Assembly (NCBI GenBank): GCA_951406725.2
Contig: OX597820.1
Span: 51,026,001 to 51,090,000 of the forward strand
Length of the DNA stretch: 64,000 bases
DNA from: Octopus vulgaris
Lineage: Eukaryota
Reading direction: 5' to 3'
In this document: positions 27,400 to 42,339 of the stretch, one piece after another
How positions within the stretch are numbered: position 1 is the stretch's first letter
Layout of the letters: each line of letters starts with the position of its first letter
Translations under genes and position numbers: made by a program
The notes under the pieces: generated by a model
Seen by the model: the letters and a program-made list of their open reading frames with translations, nothing else
Told to the model about the DNA's origin: nothing
Database searches by the model: none

Positions 27400-29118
27400 A
27401 AAGTAGCACCAATACTTATACAACATATAAAACATTACGTGAATAAATTGGAGACAGTGCTACAGCCCGAGACAAAATAGGAACTCATAAAAACCAAAGC
27501 CATCCCCACTACGAGAGGAATATTCCAGGGAGACGCGTTCTCTTCACCCCTTTTCGGCTTGGCACTGATACCTGTATCTAACATGCTAAACAGAACTGGA
27601 TGTGGATACAAGTGTTACCGTAAAACGATCAATCATAGTTTGTATAAGGACTATGTAAAACTGTATGCTAAAAATAATAAACGGCCGGAAGTATCACTAC
27701 AAGCAGTACATGGAATTACCAAAGAAATAAACATATTTGGCTTAGAAAAATGTGCCAAAGCAACTTTGAAAAGAAGAAAACTAGGTAAGAGTAACAGCAT
27801 CACACTAGATAAAGCAAATGGGAAAAGAGATTGAGACCATATACAATGCTAAAAGTAAGACTATAGGTATCAACACTCTACCGGTCCCACTTACAATTAC
27901 AACTACAATTTTCTGAACTGGACTTTAAATGAACTAATCATTATAGACAAGAAAACACAAGAAATAGACAAGAAATAAGGACAAGATTTAGGATACAACA
28001 CCCCAAATAATCAGTTTATATATAAAACGTAGCGAAGGTGGTAGAGAACTTATAAAACTAGAAACCCATTACAAAATGAACACCATAGGACTATAGAAAT
28101 ACCTAATTCTGAAGCAAGGGAAACTAATATAAATAACCACAAGACACGAAATACTGTTTCCTGTCTTTGCTTGATATACACAAAAAAGGCGCCAGTGTGC
28201 CTATTAACTATGAAGAAAAAAGAGAAGGAGCAATGAAAAACAACTGAAATCCAATCTAAATCTGGAACAGCAACGTATTATGATAAATCAATGTCAAGAA
28301 AAGCTCTTTCATGGCAAATATTCGGTTAAGCTAAACAGAAAAAAATAGACAAAGCAAAATTTCAACAAATACTGAGAAGCTCAGGGCTCAAAGCAGAGAC
28401 TGAAGAATCCAAGCCTTTCCATCAGAAATCACCACATACACGTAATGAAAAGAAATACAAAAACTGCAGAATATTTGGTGATGGAGAAGAAACGACAAAT
28501 CATATCTCTGACTGCCCAGTCCTGGCTAAGAAGGAATTCATTCAAAAACACAACAGAGCTGGAACGTGTATTCACTAGAAGCTATGACGAGATTATGGAA
28601 TAACAACAGAAAAATGATGGTATAAGCATACGCCAGAAAAGGTCACAGACAATGAGAATGTCACCATACTCTGGGATATGCCAAGACACACACATAGAAA
28701 AAATAATGTCAAAAAGCCGGATATAGTTGTTGGAGATGACAAAAAATAAAATGCTTTTTAAGTGATGTATCAATACCAACAGTTGACAACATTTCTCTAA
28801 AAGAAACGCGAAACTTTCAAAATACAAAGATCTGGAAATAGAGGTAACGCGAAGTCTAAAAACAGAAATAATTCCTATTACAGTAGGTGCATTAGGTACG
28901 ATAAAAACAAAAAAACATAGCAAAATCACCAGAAGTTACAAGTATATATAACATACAGAAAATAGCACTGCTAGGCACCACACAAATGCAACGTAAAACA
29001 TTTTGAATATAGTGAAAATAAGAGCACCACAACAAACCACAGTACATACACAAGGTACACATAACTGCGGTCGGTAGTGATAAAAATAAGTCTAGTGAAT
29101 AATGATAATAATAATATT
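27400..29118 (+). mobile_element. R4/Dong-type LINE remnant (RT to RLE), heavily decayed
   Basis: RGIFQGDA.S, INHSLYKDYVKLYAK (the YMDD site), FGLEKCAK, GLKAETE, NCRI.GD.EET, KPDIVV, KYKDLEIEV and IPITVGALG, with an (AAT)n-like tail at about 29097-29117. Confidence 0.85.
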
Positions 29119-29872
29119 AAGAATTTGTGTGTTTGTGTGTGTTTGAATGCGTGTATATGTGTGCGTGCGTGAGTGTGTGTGTGTGCAGGTATGTGTGTAT
29201 CTTTGTCTTTTCGTATTCTTTTAATGGCATATTTTCTCCGTTTTCGTGTACAAAATTCATCTATTTTTGTTAGTGACAATGTAGAAATGTAATGCTTTGA
29301 AAGGGACCTTATAAAATGTTTCTATAAGTAGCATCATAAGACCACATTAATGGATTTTCAGGAATCAGTCGCATTTTCTTCTATTTACCACAGTAGGAAA
29401 AAGGAAGGAAAATGAACACGACTGACATAAAAAGCAAGGAATAGCTGTGAGACAGAATAAATTTTATAGAGAATATCAGAGTTGAAGGCAGAGAAAGGAA
29501 AAAGTGGACAATGTGCGTAAGGAAGTCAAGAGATATGGACAACAAAAAGGAGGTAAAATGTATTGGCGGTAATTAAATAAATGACTAAGTAGATTTGAGT
29601 GAGGCGTAAAACCAGAAGCAAGAGCAGTAGTAATAGACATTCGAAGAAACAGTTACACATGGGCATACTTACTCCCTCACTCATTCACTTACATGCGCAG
29701 GCACGCTCACACACTCACGAACACACGTGTAAACATACACGTTCACATGCACATAAACACATATGCACTCAGATTGATGTATGAATATATGTATGTATGT
29801 GAATCTCACACGGAAACATATATTTACATATATCCATCTATCCATCTAGACATCCATGAATCCATCCATTCC

Positions 29873-29950
<78 letters not shown>

Positions 29951-29951
29951 A

Positions 29952-29997
<46 letters not shown>

Positions 29998-30083
29998 ATA
30001 TCTATTTATCTATCTATCTATCTATCTCACTGTCTTATCTCACTTTGTCTTTGCATATATCAGTTTGTCTTTGCATATATATA

Positions 30084-30530
30084 AAGGTTGGACAAAATAA
30101 GGGAAAAAACCTTAACATTTCAAACAAATGTATTTCAATATGGGGTAGGACGGCCTTTCGCAGTAATTATAGTTTTAATTCTAGGTGTTATGGACTCGTA
30201 AAAAGTTTGAATTGTTTCCAAATGAATTTTTGTCCATTCTTCAGCTAAAGCAGTCTCCGGTTCTTGTAACGATGATGGTGGAGGATATCGGCTCTACTTG
30301 TTTTTCTAAAATGCTCCATAAATGTTCAATAATATTGAGATCTGGGGACTGTGGTGGCCAGATAAGATGTTCAACTTCACTAGAATGTTCCTCGCACCAT
30401 TCAGTAACAACTTTAGCTGTGTGAATTGGTGCATTATCATCCTGAAGAATTGCATTTCCCTCAGGAAACAGTTCCGCAAACACAGGATGAATTGTAGCTA
30501 CCGATCTGTCATGGCGACTGATACATCGGT
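30084..30530 (-). mobile_element. Tc1-family transposon 3' fragment (DD34E)
   Basis: ILQDDNAPIHTAKVVTEW...HLIWPPQSPDLNIIEHLWSILEK. A probable TIR (aaggttggacaaaataagggaa) lies next to TA at about 30084. Confidence 0.9.
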
Positions 30531-30539
30531 AGCAACTAC

Positions 30540-30943
<404 letters not shown>

Positions 30944-31613
30944 TTTTTATGTATATATGTATTCGTTTAGTATTGACTATCGGAAGAAAGATTACACAAT
31001 ATCGTACTAGAAATTATTTTTTTTTATTTACTTATTCATTTATTTATTTAGCATTTGCCGAATCAATCTCTTTCCATTAAAAGTTTTGCTTGTGTGATCA
31101 AAGGGCCATCAGGCAAGATGAAGTGGTGTAGGCGCATATTCTATCTGTTTGAGTTTAACCGTTTCAAATTTCTCATTCCATGAAATGTGACTCATTTGTT
31201 GAAATCATTCACTCGAAAAACCGCGATGGAGAAATGGAAACTAGACTAAAGCACTAGGGTGGATGTAATTGACTATATCCCTTTAATATCAGTTTCTGAA
31301 ACCAAAATGAATACAAACTGAAAATGAATAAACACGTATACACACACATATACAAATAACCACGCATAGAAATGCACCCATAAACATAATTATACAAATA
31401 TTACACAGAGTGCTCAAATGGATACATACACATATATAGATGTAATTATGCATGAACATCTCACCATTTTTGCCAGCACTACCATTGTCTGTCTGTCTGT
31501 TCGTCGGTCTCTTGCTTTCTCTCTCTTTCTTCCACTCCACATATACCTACATAACGTATATATTTTGCATAATATATACATTATACATGAATTCACGCAC
31601 ATGCACAAACATA

Positions 31614-31683
<70 letters not shown>

Positions 31684-31910
31684 TATATAACTTACTTGAA
31701 AATGGATGCGCTCATTTAAATAATAATAGACTGATAGATAGCTAAATAGATAGATAGATACAGAGATAGACACACACACACACACACATATAGATGTGTG
31801 TGTGTATATCTATGCATGCCAAAAATACTAATGTTTGATTTGTAAATGATATTAATATTGAAACATTTAACTTAATTACACCCATTCCTGTTATATCTAA
31901 ATCGAGCTTA

Positions 31911-32218
31911 TGTTGTTCTTGTATGTTCCTTCTCGGGCCATGCTTAACTCATGGAGGCCGGTTTTCTGGTTTAACAAGCGTATAGGTTCCCCATGAATAC
32001 GGGATGCCGGTCCGTCGCAGGTGAGCTACATGCAAGAGGAGAGAGTGAGAGAAATTTGTGGCGAATGAGTCAGCAGAAGTTCGTGAATATCTTCTGCCGG
32101 AACCGCGTGAAGCTTAGGTTTCTCGCTCATAAAGAGACACATCGTCCTGTGAGATATTTGAACTCACGATACCTCGACCGCGAGTCCGCTGTTCAAGTCA
32201 CTAGGACATGCGCCTCCA
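31911..32218 (-). mobile_element. tRNA-derived SINE (same family as 4760-5058)
   Basis: The reverse complement begins tggaggcgcatgtcctagtgacttgaacagcggactcgcggtcgagg and is colinear with the 4.76 kb copy. Confidence 0.85.
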
Positions 32219-32349
32219 TATAATGTAATATATTCTTCATAAAATATTTTTTACATACGTCCCGCACACACACATCTATACAGACACTCATTCGCAGACT
32301 GAGGAGTCTTGTTGCTTGCTCTATATTTAGTTATCCATATATTTTCGAA

Positions 32350-32548
32350 CACGAAAGACAGTCATTTCACAGCTGTCATGCTGGATGACCACCTTGAAGC
32401 ATTTTCGTCGAACAAATCGATCCTTATTTCTTAAGCCAAGTACTTATACTATTGATGGCTTACCCGAACCGCTAGTTTACAGATGTGTAAACACACCAAC
32501 ACCGGCTTTCAAGTAGTGATGGGTGTACAAATACACGCACAAAGACTC

Positions 32549-32622
<74 letters not shown>

Positions 32623-32710
32623 GCTGCGGGCTTCTTTCAGTTTCCATCCACCTAATCCACTCAGAAGTCTTTGGTCGACTGACACCAGGCTATAGTAGAA
32701 TGCACTTGCA
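32350..32710 (-). mobile_element. Diverged SINE family 1 copy
   Basis: gtcgaacaaatcga...gaaccgctag...cgggcttctttcagtttcc...atccactcag...gctatagtagaa. Confidence 0.65.
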
Positions 32711-33464
32711 TGATGTGCTATTCTGTTGACGGAACTAGTAAACATACATTTACACACACACACATACAAGCACATACACACAGAAAAACAAACAAACATA
32801 CACACACACATGTGGTGAGAAAGAGATAAAGATACAAGAATACTTGCATGTAAGCTCATGTTAAACGTAGGCAGGTATCTTCAATTACTAAGCAGGTGGA
32901 ACGATTGCACTTTTGCGCATAAAGGCCATAACACGGTACAGTACTTGTTGCTCTTTCGTGCGAAAAATCTATTTTTTCTTTCTATGCGTGCAGGCCTAAT
33001 GAAACTTATAACGAGCCGAGTGTAATTTTACTTCGTACGGCAGAGAATGCATGGTTGTAACCTATACAGCCATACTGAACTAATTTTTATTAGATACAGT
33101 TATGTAAATTCTGAAAACATTAACAAGGACGCATACACTCGCGAGCGCACTACTAGAAATAATGTTAGTTTCTCACATTAGTACAATGCTATGTTTATGC
33201 GATATCCACCCGACACGTAAATGTCATTGAATAAATGTCTGTAGAAACTGATATGTAATTCTGAATGATATTCTTTTCTTCTTTTTCTTTTTTTATTTTT
33301 TTTGGCTACTTTCTGTTACCTATAATGCTGTTTAACACGTTCTCTGAAAAGTCATTTTTAATTTTTCACCCGATTTGTGAATCAAATCGCTTGCTAGAAA
33401 TGTTCCTAAATGGCTAAGTTGTCGCTAAAAACCTGGAAGCTATATTCTGTATCCAAACGTAACG

Positions 33465-33848
33465 GCTTTCCTCGCTGGTAAGAAGTTTTCCTTTCAGTCC
33501 CATGGTTCCAGATTCAGTCACACTCCGTGGCATCTTCTACTATATCCATGGGTCAACTAATGCCTGGTGAGTGGATTTGGAAGACGGAATCTGAATAATG
33601 TCCTTCATATAGGTGTGTGTGTATGAGTGTGGTGTGTGTGCGTGTGGTGTTTGTCTTGCTGTCTTTGTTTGTTCCACACTACCCCTAGAAAAACTGCGTC
33701 GGCGTGTTTATATTCCTGTGACCTTGTGTTTCCTAAACAGGTACTGGTAAAATATCACCAGGCTTCTATATAGTACAAGGGGCGACTCGTTTGTCTGAAA
33801 TTCTTGAAGGCGGTGCACAGGCATGGCCGCAGTCTAACGGCTGAAACA
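33465..33848 (+). mobile_element. Diverged SINE family 1 copy
   Basis: ggtaagaagttt...catggttccagattcagtc...gtgagtggatttggaagacggaatctgaa...gcatggccgcagtctaacggctgaaac. Confidence 0.65.
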
Positions 33849-34973
33849 ATTACACGATAAAAGATATATACGCACACACACACAGACAAACACAGACACA
33901 CACACAAATACAATGGTAAATGCGAAGAGAAAGACCGAGCGGAAGGGAGATAAGTGTCCGTATGTGTATTGTGTATGTATATGTGTGTACATGTCTGTCT
34001 GTACTGTTCTGGATCTGATAACAACAACCAATATATTTGCAGCCATAGATCTTTGTTAGTTATGTTGCTAATTCTCGGAGGAGATTGTAGCGATTTGATT
34101 CCTTGAAATTTTATTTAGCCACAAATATGATTCTTTGCACCTGTATAAATATGTTATATTTTCAGTTACATCAGTTCTGAAGATTTTTTATTTTTTTCAC
34201 GCGCTGAAAAAGAAAAAAAGAGAAAGTGGCTAGAAAGAAAAAATAAAGAAAAATGAAAAAAAAGACGTAAATCTAAAATTATAATAGAACATCAATCACT
34301 TCAATATTGCAAACGTTGCAAGTACAGCCTCCGATGCTGTGATAGCGGACGAAGGATCTGAGTAACGCCCATCCTACTGGGACATTACAATGATGAAAGC
34401 ATTCACAGAAAAAAAAAAAAAATATTTTAATAAATGTAATATTGACTTCAATCGTGGATTGCTAACATCAGCTGAAGTAATATGAAACTAAAAATTCCAT
34501 TCATTAAATCTTTAAATATCAAACACAAAAATAAAAACAAAAAATTATCATACGCAAAACTTCTGTGAACGGTTAGTTGAGCTGTCTGAGACACAGGACA
34601 ATATGAAAACGAGGGCTACACTTGGGATTTACGCTGACGTAAGACTTATTTGAAGATGAAAAGATATTGAAGAAAGATTTATGGCGTCGTAGTAATTCCG
34701 GATCTAAAGAACGGAGAATATATTTTCTCTTTCCTCCACAGAGTTTCTATCGTTGAGTGACATTCTCATTCTCTATGACTCTGTTTCACTCTTTCCCACT
34801 TTACTCATGTATACATAGTTACATAAACGCACGCATGCACACACGCCCACACATACTCACACACACTCATATGTTTATATATATGTAAATGTATGGATGT
34901 ATATATGTATATTTATATACATACATATAAACATATATATATATGAATACATATATATCCATATGTATATGTA

Positions 34974-35035
<62 letters not shown>

Positions 35036-35974
35036 TGTATACACGCACACAGATAGGTATACATACACATAATCTTTTATGCATATATAAAGATATGCAC
35101 ACACATATTTCTGTGTAGATGTGTAAGTATATCTGTAAACGTGTATGTCCTTATACACGTAAACAATTGTATATAAGAATAATTTTCATTATGTTCATTT
35201 AATCTATGTTTAATCGAATAAATTTAAACTCCGAAAAGATTTAAAGCACTACAAACACTCACACAATAAGGCCTCCACGACGGTTGAGTTACTTAGATAA
35301 ACTTAGTTATGTTTCGACCAAAGATTGGTCCAGGCCATGTCTAACTTAATAGCACCACCTGATAGGATTATTCGAATCCTGTTTAAGTCAAGTTTTGTTC
35401 AAGTAGTGAGTTCTTGTTGGGTGAGTTGTATCCAGTTTTGTTCAAGTAGTGAGTTCTTGTTATATATATGTGTGTATCTATGTATGTAATGTATTGATAT
35501 ATCTATATATAAATTTATCTTTAAGTACGTAAACATTAGGACAGTCGTGCGCGTACATATGACCCCTTCACACACACTTAAACAGATACGTACATAAGCA
35601 CCTATAGACCAATCCCTTAAACTGTTTATATATAATATAACGATTTTCATTGGGTTTTTGTGTTAAAGTAGAAGATTCCAAGTGAAGTTGTATGAATGAA
35701 ATTAACAGCGGCTTTGGCCCTAACATCATAATTAATCTACGTGTTTGAAAAACAGATAATAATTATTTTTAAATCGTTCAGTATGCTCCTGAATACTCTT
35801 AACTTGGATAATAAGCTATATAATTCAACCTAGTATCAGAGCTTAACCACCTTTCTTACTTCTAAAGTACGCATTCCCGCAATTCTCTCTTTAATATGGC
35901 ATTTTTTATTTATTTAAAGGGCTTTCACCTTGTTTCATATATTTCCACGATCCCTTTATGACTATAAGTATACT

Positions 35975-36357
35975 TTTACTCATTTATTTGTTTCAGTCAT
36001 TTGACTGTGGTCATGCTGGAGCAACGCCTTTAGTCGAGCAAATCAACCCCACGACTTATTCTTTGTAAGCCTAGTACCTATTCTATCGGTGTCTTTTGCC
36101 GAACCACTAGGTTACAAGGTCGTAAACACACCAGCATCGGTTGTCAAGCGATGTAGGGGGGACAAACACAGACACATAAACATATACACATACATATATT
36201 TATACATATACACGACGGGCTTCTTTTTAGTACCCCTCTAACAAATCCACTCACAAATCTTAGTAGAAGACACTTGCCCAAGGTACAACGCAGTGGGACT
36301 GGACCCGGAACCATGTGGTTCGTAAGAAAGCTATTTACCACACAGCCACGCCTACAC
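35975..36357 (-). mobile_element. SINE family 1 copy
   Basis: Colinear with 9285-9682. Confidence 0.8.
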
Positions 36358-38563
36358 CTCCTAACACATTTCATCTTCCATACTTTTGCTGCATAAAACA
36401 TGCAAATTTTCCAATGTTACATGAAACTGACTGCCATACACCCACGCACGCAGACACACAAACACATAGACACACACACACTAATGCAAACACATCTACA
36501 CACATATTCATGAATATACATACATATATACTTCTGTGTGTATATATGAATGTATTTATGTATGCACGTGTCTGTGCATACAGAAGTTGCGAATTCCTAA
36601 ATTTGTGATTGATAGTGTATGTAATTTTGTTTACTACTATGGTGTATGTATTTTTGTTTACTATGTGTATAATTTTGTGTATAAATATCAAAGCGGGACA
36701 CTCATATTCACTTATGCTTATGGAAGCAATTATGACTTTACTTTGCTAATATAAGATGTCTTCACGTTGATCACTTTCAGTATTTTCTCAGGTAAGCTTT
36801 CCCTGTAAATTTAGGTGGATGAACACTATAGAGAAGTAATTAGACGCTATCTATAATTCAAATGTAATCTCTTGTTACACATCTAAAAAGCTAATTCTCC
36901 GTTTAGTGTTTACTGCGCACGTGACTGTAGGATACTTTAAACGTTTCGCAATGCTTATTCATTGAGCTGATAAAAAAAAGGTGGAGACTCACACACATAT
37001 ACACACATGCGCTCGCACACAAAAACACACACCGACACACACATACACACACACACGTCTATCAGATACTGTACGGTTGTATATAGTCCTGCCACATTTC
37101 TAACAATAATGGCTGTTCAAGATTACTGGAACTTATGCTATCATTAATATCAAATGCTTGACAGAGTGTGTGACATGACCTAAAATAACGAAGCTTAAAG
37201 TTAACATGGAAATTATTTTTTTAGACGTATTTGAGTGAATACATTTAAATTTAATCCTCTAACCATATCCTATTATTTATGCTACAGTTTGCTTCTGATT
37301 GGACCTGATGTAATAAATTCATAGTCATTCCTGAAGTTTAATTCCTCTTTTTTGAGACTTTTTATAATATCTAAATGTATACAAATATTTCAGGTTAGTA
37401 TGTGATTTCCTTCAGTTATGGTTGCTGATGTTTGTAGATGCATTGGTGTTTCCTTTGTCTATATACAAAGTGAGTTATTTTGTGATTTTGTATTCTGAAA
37501 TAATTTTGTTATTAAACCCTAGATCATTCATAGAGTAAGATTGAGGTAATTTCTTACGGGAGATCTGACAGGACCACTTGCAGCAGAGATCCATCTAAGA
37601 CCATATGTTTGTGAAATGATTATGCCTCGTGACGAAAACGCAAAAAAAGCAATTAGCAGTGTCAAACAGAATTTCTCAAATCACTAAATGACTGTGGCTC
37701 TAATTTTCTTTTTACTTTGTCTGTTCATCTCCTTGAAATTTAGAACCCTCTTTTTTTAACTTGGTTCCGTTAGCAACTACTGTATTTAACGCGCAATGAA
37801 TATTTGAAATATTGACCAATTTTTTAATGAATATTCGATGAACAGGATTTCAACAAATCTTCGATTACGGAACCATTAGCTGGGAAAACAAGAAATATTT
37901 TACGATGCATAATGTGTTTCAATTATCGACAGACTAGAATAACGTGCATATAATGGAACAATGGTATGCTGCTGGAGCATAATTATTATCATACGAAAAG
38001 ACGTAGAATGGATATGATACAAAAAGAAGTACATAAGTATTTTTTAAAGTTTGTTATGGAAAAATAAAAGGAATAAAAGAATCCTTTATGTTACAATGAG
38101 ATCATCAGTTTACTGGTTCAATATGATTTGCATTATAGCTATTCTAGGTTTCCCTTGAAATTAAGCGATTCTGAAATATCAGCCAAAAATTATGAAATTA
38201 AAGGAAAATAAATTCTCAAGAGCGCTAACTATTATATTAGACACCCAAAATATGATGTTTTAATATATAAACTGTGCATTGCAGAGTACGTCATTAATTA
38301 TCGCCTGCAGGATCAATTTTGGTGATTTCAGTTTATAACTGGAACACTGAATAAGTGAAATGCCCTTTGTATACAGCTATTGCTATCGACCTGACGAAAA
38401 TAGCTCTATGCAGCGGAAAGAATTATTCCATATTACAACCAAACATCTTGTAAATCTCACGTTACAGTATATGAAGATTATAACTCTATTTCTTGTCTAT
38501 ATTTATGTCTATCAAGCAATTTATCTATCAGTATCACAAACACACACATACACATATATACAT

Positions 38564-38609
<46 letters not shown>

Positions 38610-39315
38610 AGAGAGAGATTTATATATATAAGTGTGTATGGGTTTTATGTGTGCTTGCGTATATATACACATGTATACATACATATTTATAAACTAATAC
38701 ATCTGTTTGTTGTTTATACACTTTGAGGAAGACAATAGCTTGGAAAGTATTTAATCTGGATTCTAGGTCCACAATAAAGATTACCATAATTTTAAGTACC
38801 AGTACCTCAATAGTGAACGTGCCTTCTCTTCAAGTAACCGTTTTGTGTCACGAATTAATCTCATGTTTCGTGTTCTACTTCTCAATGACAACGCGTTCAT
38901 AAACGGGAAACTGCTTTCTCCAATTCTATCTCTATAACCCTCATTTTCAATAGCAACTTAACAGCTTAACATCCATACGCGTATAAGCTGAAAGGTGTAG
39001 ACACTTAATCAGACAGAAATGTGATATTAAATGGGGACTGTGGCGAAATTATAATTAAAATAAGACTTTTTAAATGTTGGTATTCTTCTGTACATTATAA
39101 ACGTATTAGTGTATACGTACTTTGATACAAATCTTAAATTAAAAGTATTTTGAATAAGTCATATAACGCCAGTTGTTACCGACACGCTGTAATAGATCCC
39201 CCAAGTTAATTGTCAGTTAATGCGAAGGGTTACAGTTAGAAATATATGAAAACTATATACGTGTTGAAAAGTTATATCAGTCTTAGAATCTATTTCTAAA
39301 AGTATGTGTTTGAAA

Positions 39316-39401
<86 letters not shown>

Positions 39402-39463
39402 ATGTATATGTACACATATAATATATACATACATACATACATATATACATACATACATATATT

Positions 39464-39508
<45 letters not shown>

Positions 39509-39613
39509 AGAGAGAGATTTATATATATAAGTCTGTATGTGTATGATTTTATGTGTGCTTGCATTGGTATATATATAAGTATATATATCTCTGTGTATAT
39601 ATGTAGAGGATTA

Positions 39614-39656
<43 letters not shown>

Positions 39657-40211
39657 GCGTATGCATACACATAAACACATTCACATACAAGCAAGCACAC
39701 ACGCATATATGTGTGTGGCTATGCATGTATGGATATATGTATGAGGATATAGTTTGAGGGTTGCAATGATTACATGTTAATTAAATTTAATTATCTCTCG
39801 GACTAACCTCTAATTATCAAATATTTCAAAGAAACGGTATGAATTGATGTGATTATTATTCCGTTAGTTGATCCTTCTGAAATTCTGAGAAGTGGAAAAC
39901 GCTTTCCTATCCTTTTACCGTACATGCACACCATCATATTATTGCACATTGACACGAGGTCAAAGAGATATTAATTCACGTAGAATCAGATAAACTGTGT
40001 ATTCACGTAATGTGCAATATCGATGCGTCACTGATCAATAGATTTCCGTCGTAACATGCTATAGAATCCGATAACAGATAGATATCATAAAGCAAAAGGT
40101 TATTCGTTCCTAACAATTATCGCGAAGCATATGTCCGCTTGTTTCGAAGTTTATGCGACGTCATTTCGTATGATTGTCAGACGTACACACATACACGTTT
40201 ATACATACATA

Positions 40212-40316
<105 letters not shown>

Positions 40317-40340
40317 TACATAGATAAATAGGTAGATATG

Positions 40341-40388
<48 letters not shown>

Positions 40389-41040
40389 TAGATAGATAGA
40401 TAGATATCATATACTGAAGTGAAACTAGAAAATGGTAATTTGAAATCCTTCCATCGATACATTTTAGACAAAAATGCTTGATTTGCAAAACTTTTCAAAA
40501 GAACGTAGGTATGCAAACACACACATCTAACACTCACAGTCACACACATACACACGAAAAAAACTCGCAAACAGACACACACGCACACACATATATATAT
40601 GTATATATCACGTGACCATGTGACAGACCAGGCTATAAAATGATGTTACACACCGCTGGTTACAACGCATTGCATTTTACATTGTTTTACCCTTCGAACA
40701 ACTAGACCCCGCAGGCCAGGAGAGTAGGCCAATATGCTCTCCAACTGGAAAGTGGGATTGGAGTAATGCAAAAGGAAGCGTTTTGCTCAAGAACACAACG
40801 CACCGCCCAAACAAGGGATAGAACCCACGACCTAGCGCTCGTAGTGCAACAGCCTAACCACTATGCAACGTGCCTTCACACACATGCATACATACACATA
40901 CGCACGCACACACATATATACACACTCATATATATATATATATATATATATATTGTGTTTATGTATATATATTATGTATATATATATATACATATATACC
41001 TATACATAAGATAATGTATATATATATATGTATATACATA

Positions 41041-41874
41041 CTAGCTGACGTACCCAGTAATTCCCGGGAAAGCAGGGCTTATCCCTTGGTTTTCTTCTCA
41101 TAAATGATTCGCTAATGCAATAACAACAATACAAAGTATGTAGACCTTAGGGGAATACCGAACTATCGTACACAGGATCTTGTTTTTAGGAATTCTCAAT
41201 AAATTCTCAAAACAAAAATTGTGGAATCAGTTATGTAATGACATGAAATTAGTTATCAGATAGTAAGAATTCAAATAACGTAGCCCCGAAAAAAGCTTTA
41301 ATACATTCCCAGAGTATATACAATATAGGAGGAAATACTAATAAAGTATGTATACTGAAATGGTGAATGCTAAGCAGATATGAGGTAATAAGCATTCAAA
41401 GTAAATAACTGTGAAAAAGGTTTTTGTGCGTTCACAGAGGAGCGGTAATGTTGGTATACTAGTGAATAATTCACTAACCGAAATAAGTGGATCTATTGTT
41501 TAGGAAAATAATATTTACTTGCTTAAGTGTTGTACAGGATAAACTGCACAAAAACTCTAACAGTTCAAATACTAAGAAATAAGCATACTCAATTATATTT
41601 TTACCAAATAATTTAGGAAAATGAATGGGCTATTTCCCCTGGTTATATATAAGGATCCCTTCCAGTGGCGAATAGTTTCTTTCCCTTGAATTTTAAAATA
41701 AAATTTTAAGTATCCCTTCCAGAATCCCTATTATCGATACTTTCAACAATCTGGGTATGCTATGAGGTTTGCAGACGTGAGTTCTACTTACGTGTCATGT
41801 TTCAATAAAATCGACAAAACGATGTGGAATTTAGCTAACAATTCCGCAAACACACCTTCAGACCAAATTTCCAC

Positions 41875-41875
<1 letters not shown>
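41041..41875 (-). mobile_element. Non-autonomous Helitron-like element (3' end at 41041)
   Basis: The minus strand ends cccgg-gaatta-ctggg-tacgtcag-CTAG|T, a subterminal hairpin plus CTAG. The other boundary is approximate and runs into microsatellite. Confidence 0.55.
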
Positions 41876-41912
<37 letters not shown>

Positions 41913-41922
41913 CACTTATATA

Positions 41923-41971
<49 letters not shown>

Positions 41972-42263
41972 TTTAACCGATTGTTTTACACGTTAGAGGA
42001 AGCAGTCAAAATGACCAAAATCAGATGATAAGAGCAATTTAAAGGGAATGAAAGATAAAAACTTTGACCTTGAAGAAATAACAAGCGTAAAGTTTGTATT
42101 TTTTATTCCTTCAAAATTATGTCATTAAAGGTGGTTTTGGTCGTTTTAGTTGCTTCTTCAGACATATAAACTACCTGCTAAATGTGTTTAAATGTGCACT
42201 ATTTTTTTTTGAGTATATGTTGTCTATTGTCTTTTTATATATATATATATAAAGACAAACTAG

Positions 42264-42339
<76 letters not shown>

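Noticed and set aside
35390-35461. Direct repeat pair of about 28 bp (agttttgttcaagtagtgagttcttgtt) resembling a repeat-spacer unit
   Set aside because: Only two copies with a short gap in eukaryotic DNA; a simple local duplication, not a CRISPR array.
37400-38450. Penelope RT fragments and a CTGACGA...GAAA motif at about 38391
   Set aside because: The motifs are too degenerate, and the hammerhead stems I and III do not form.
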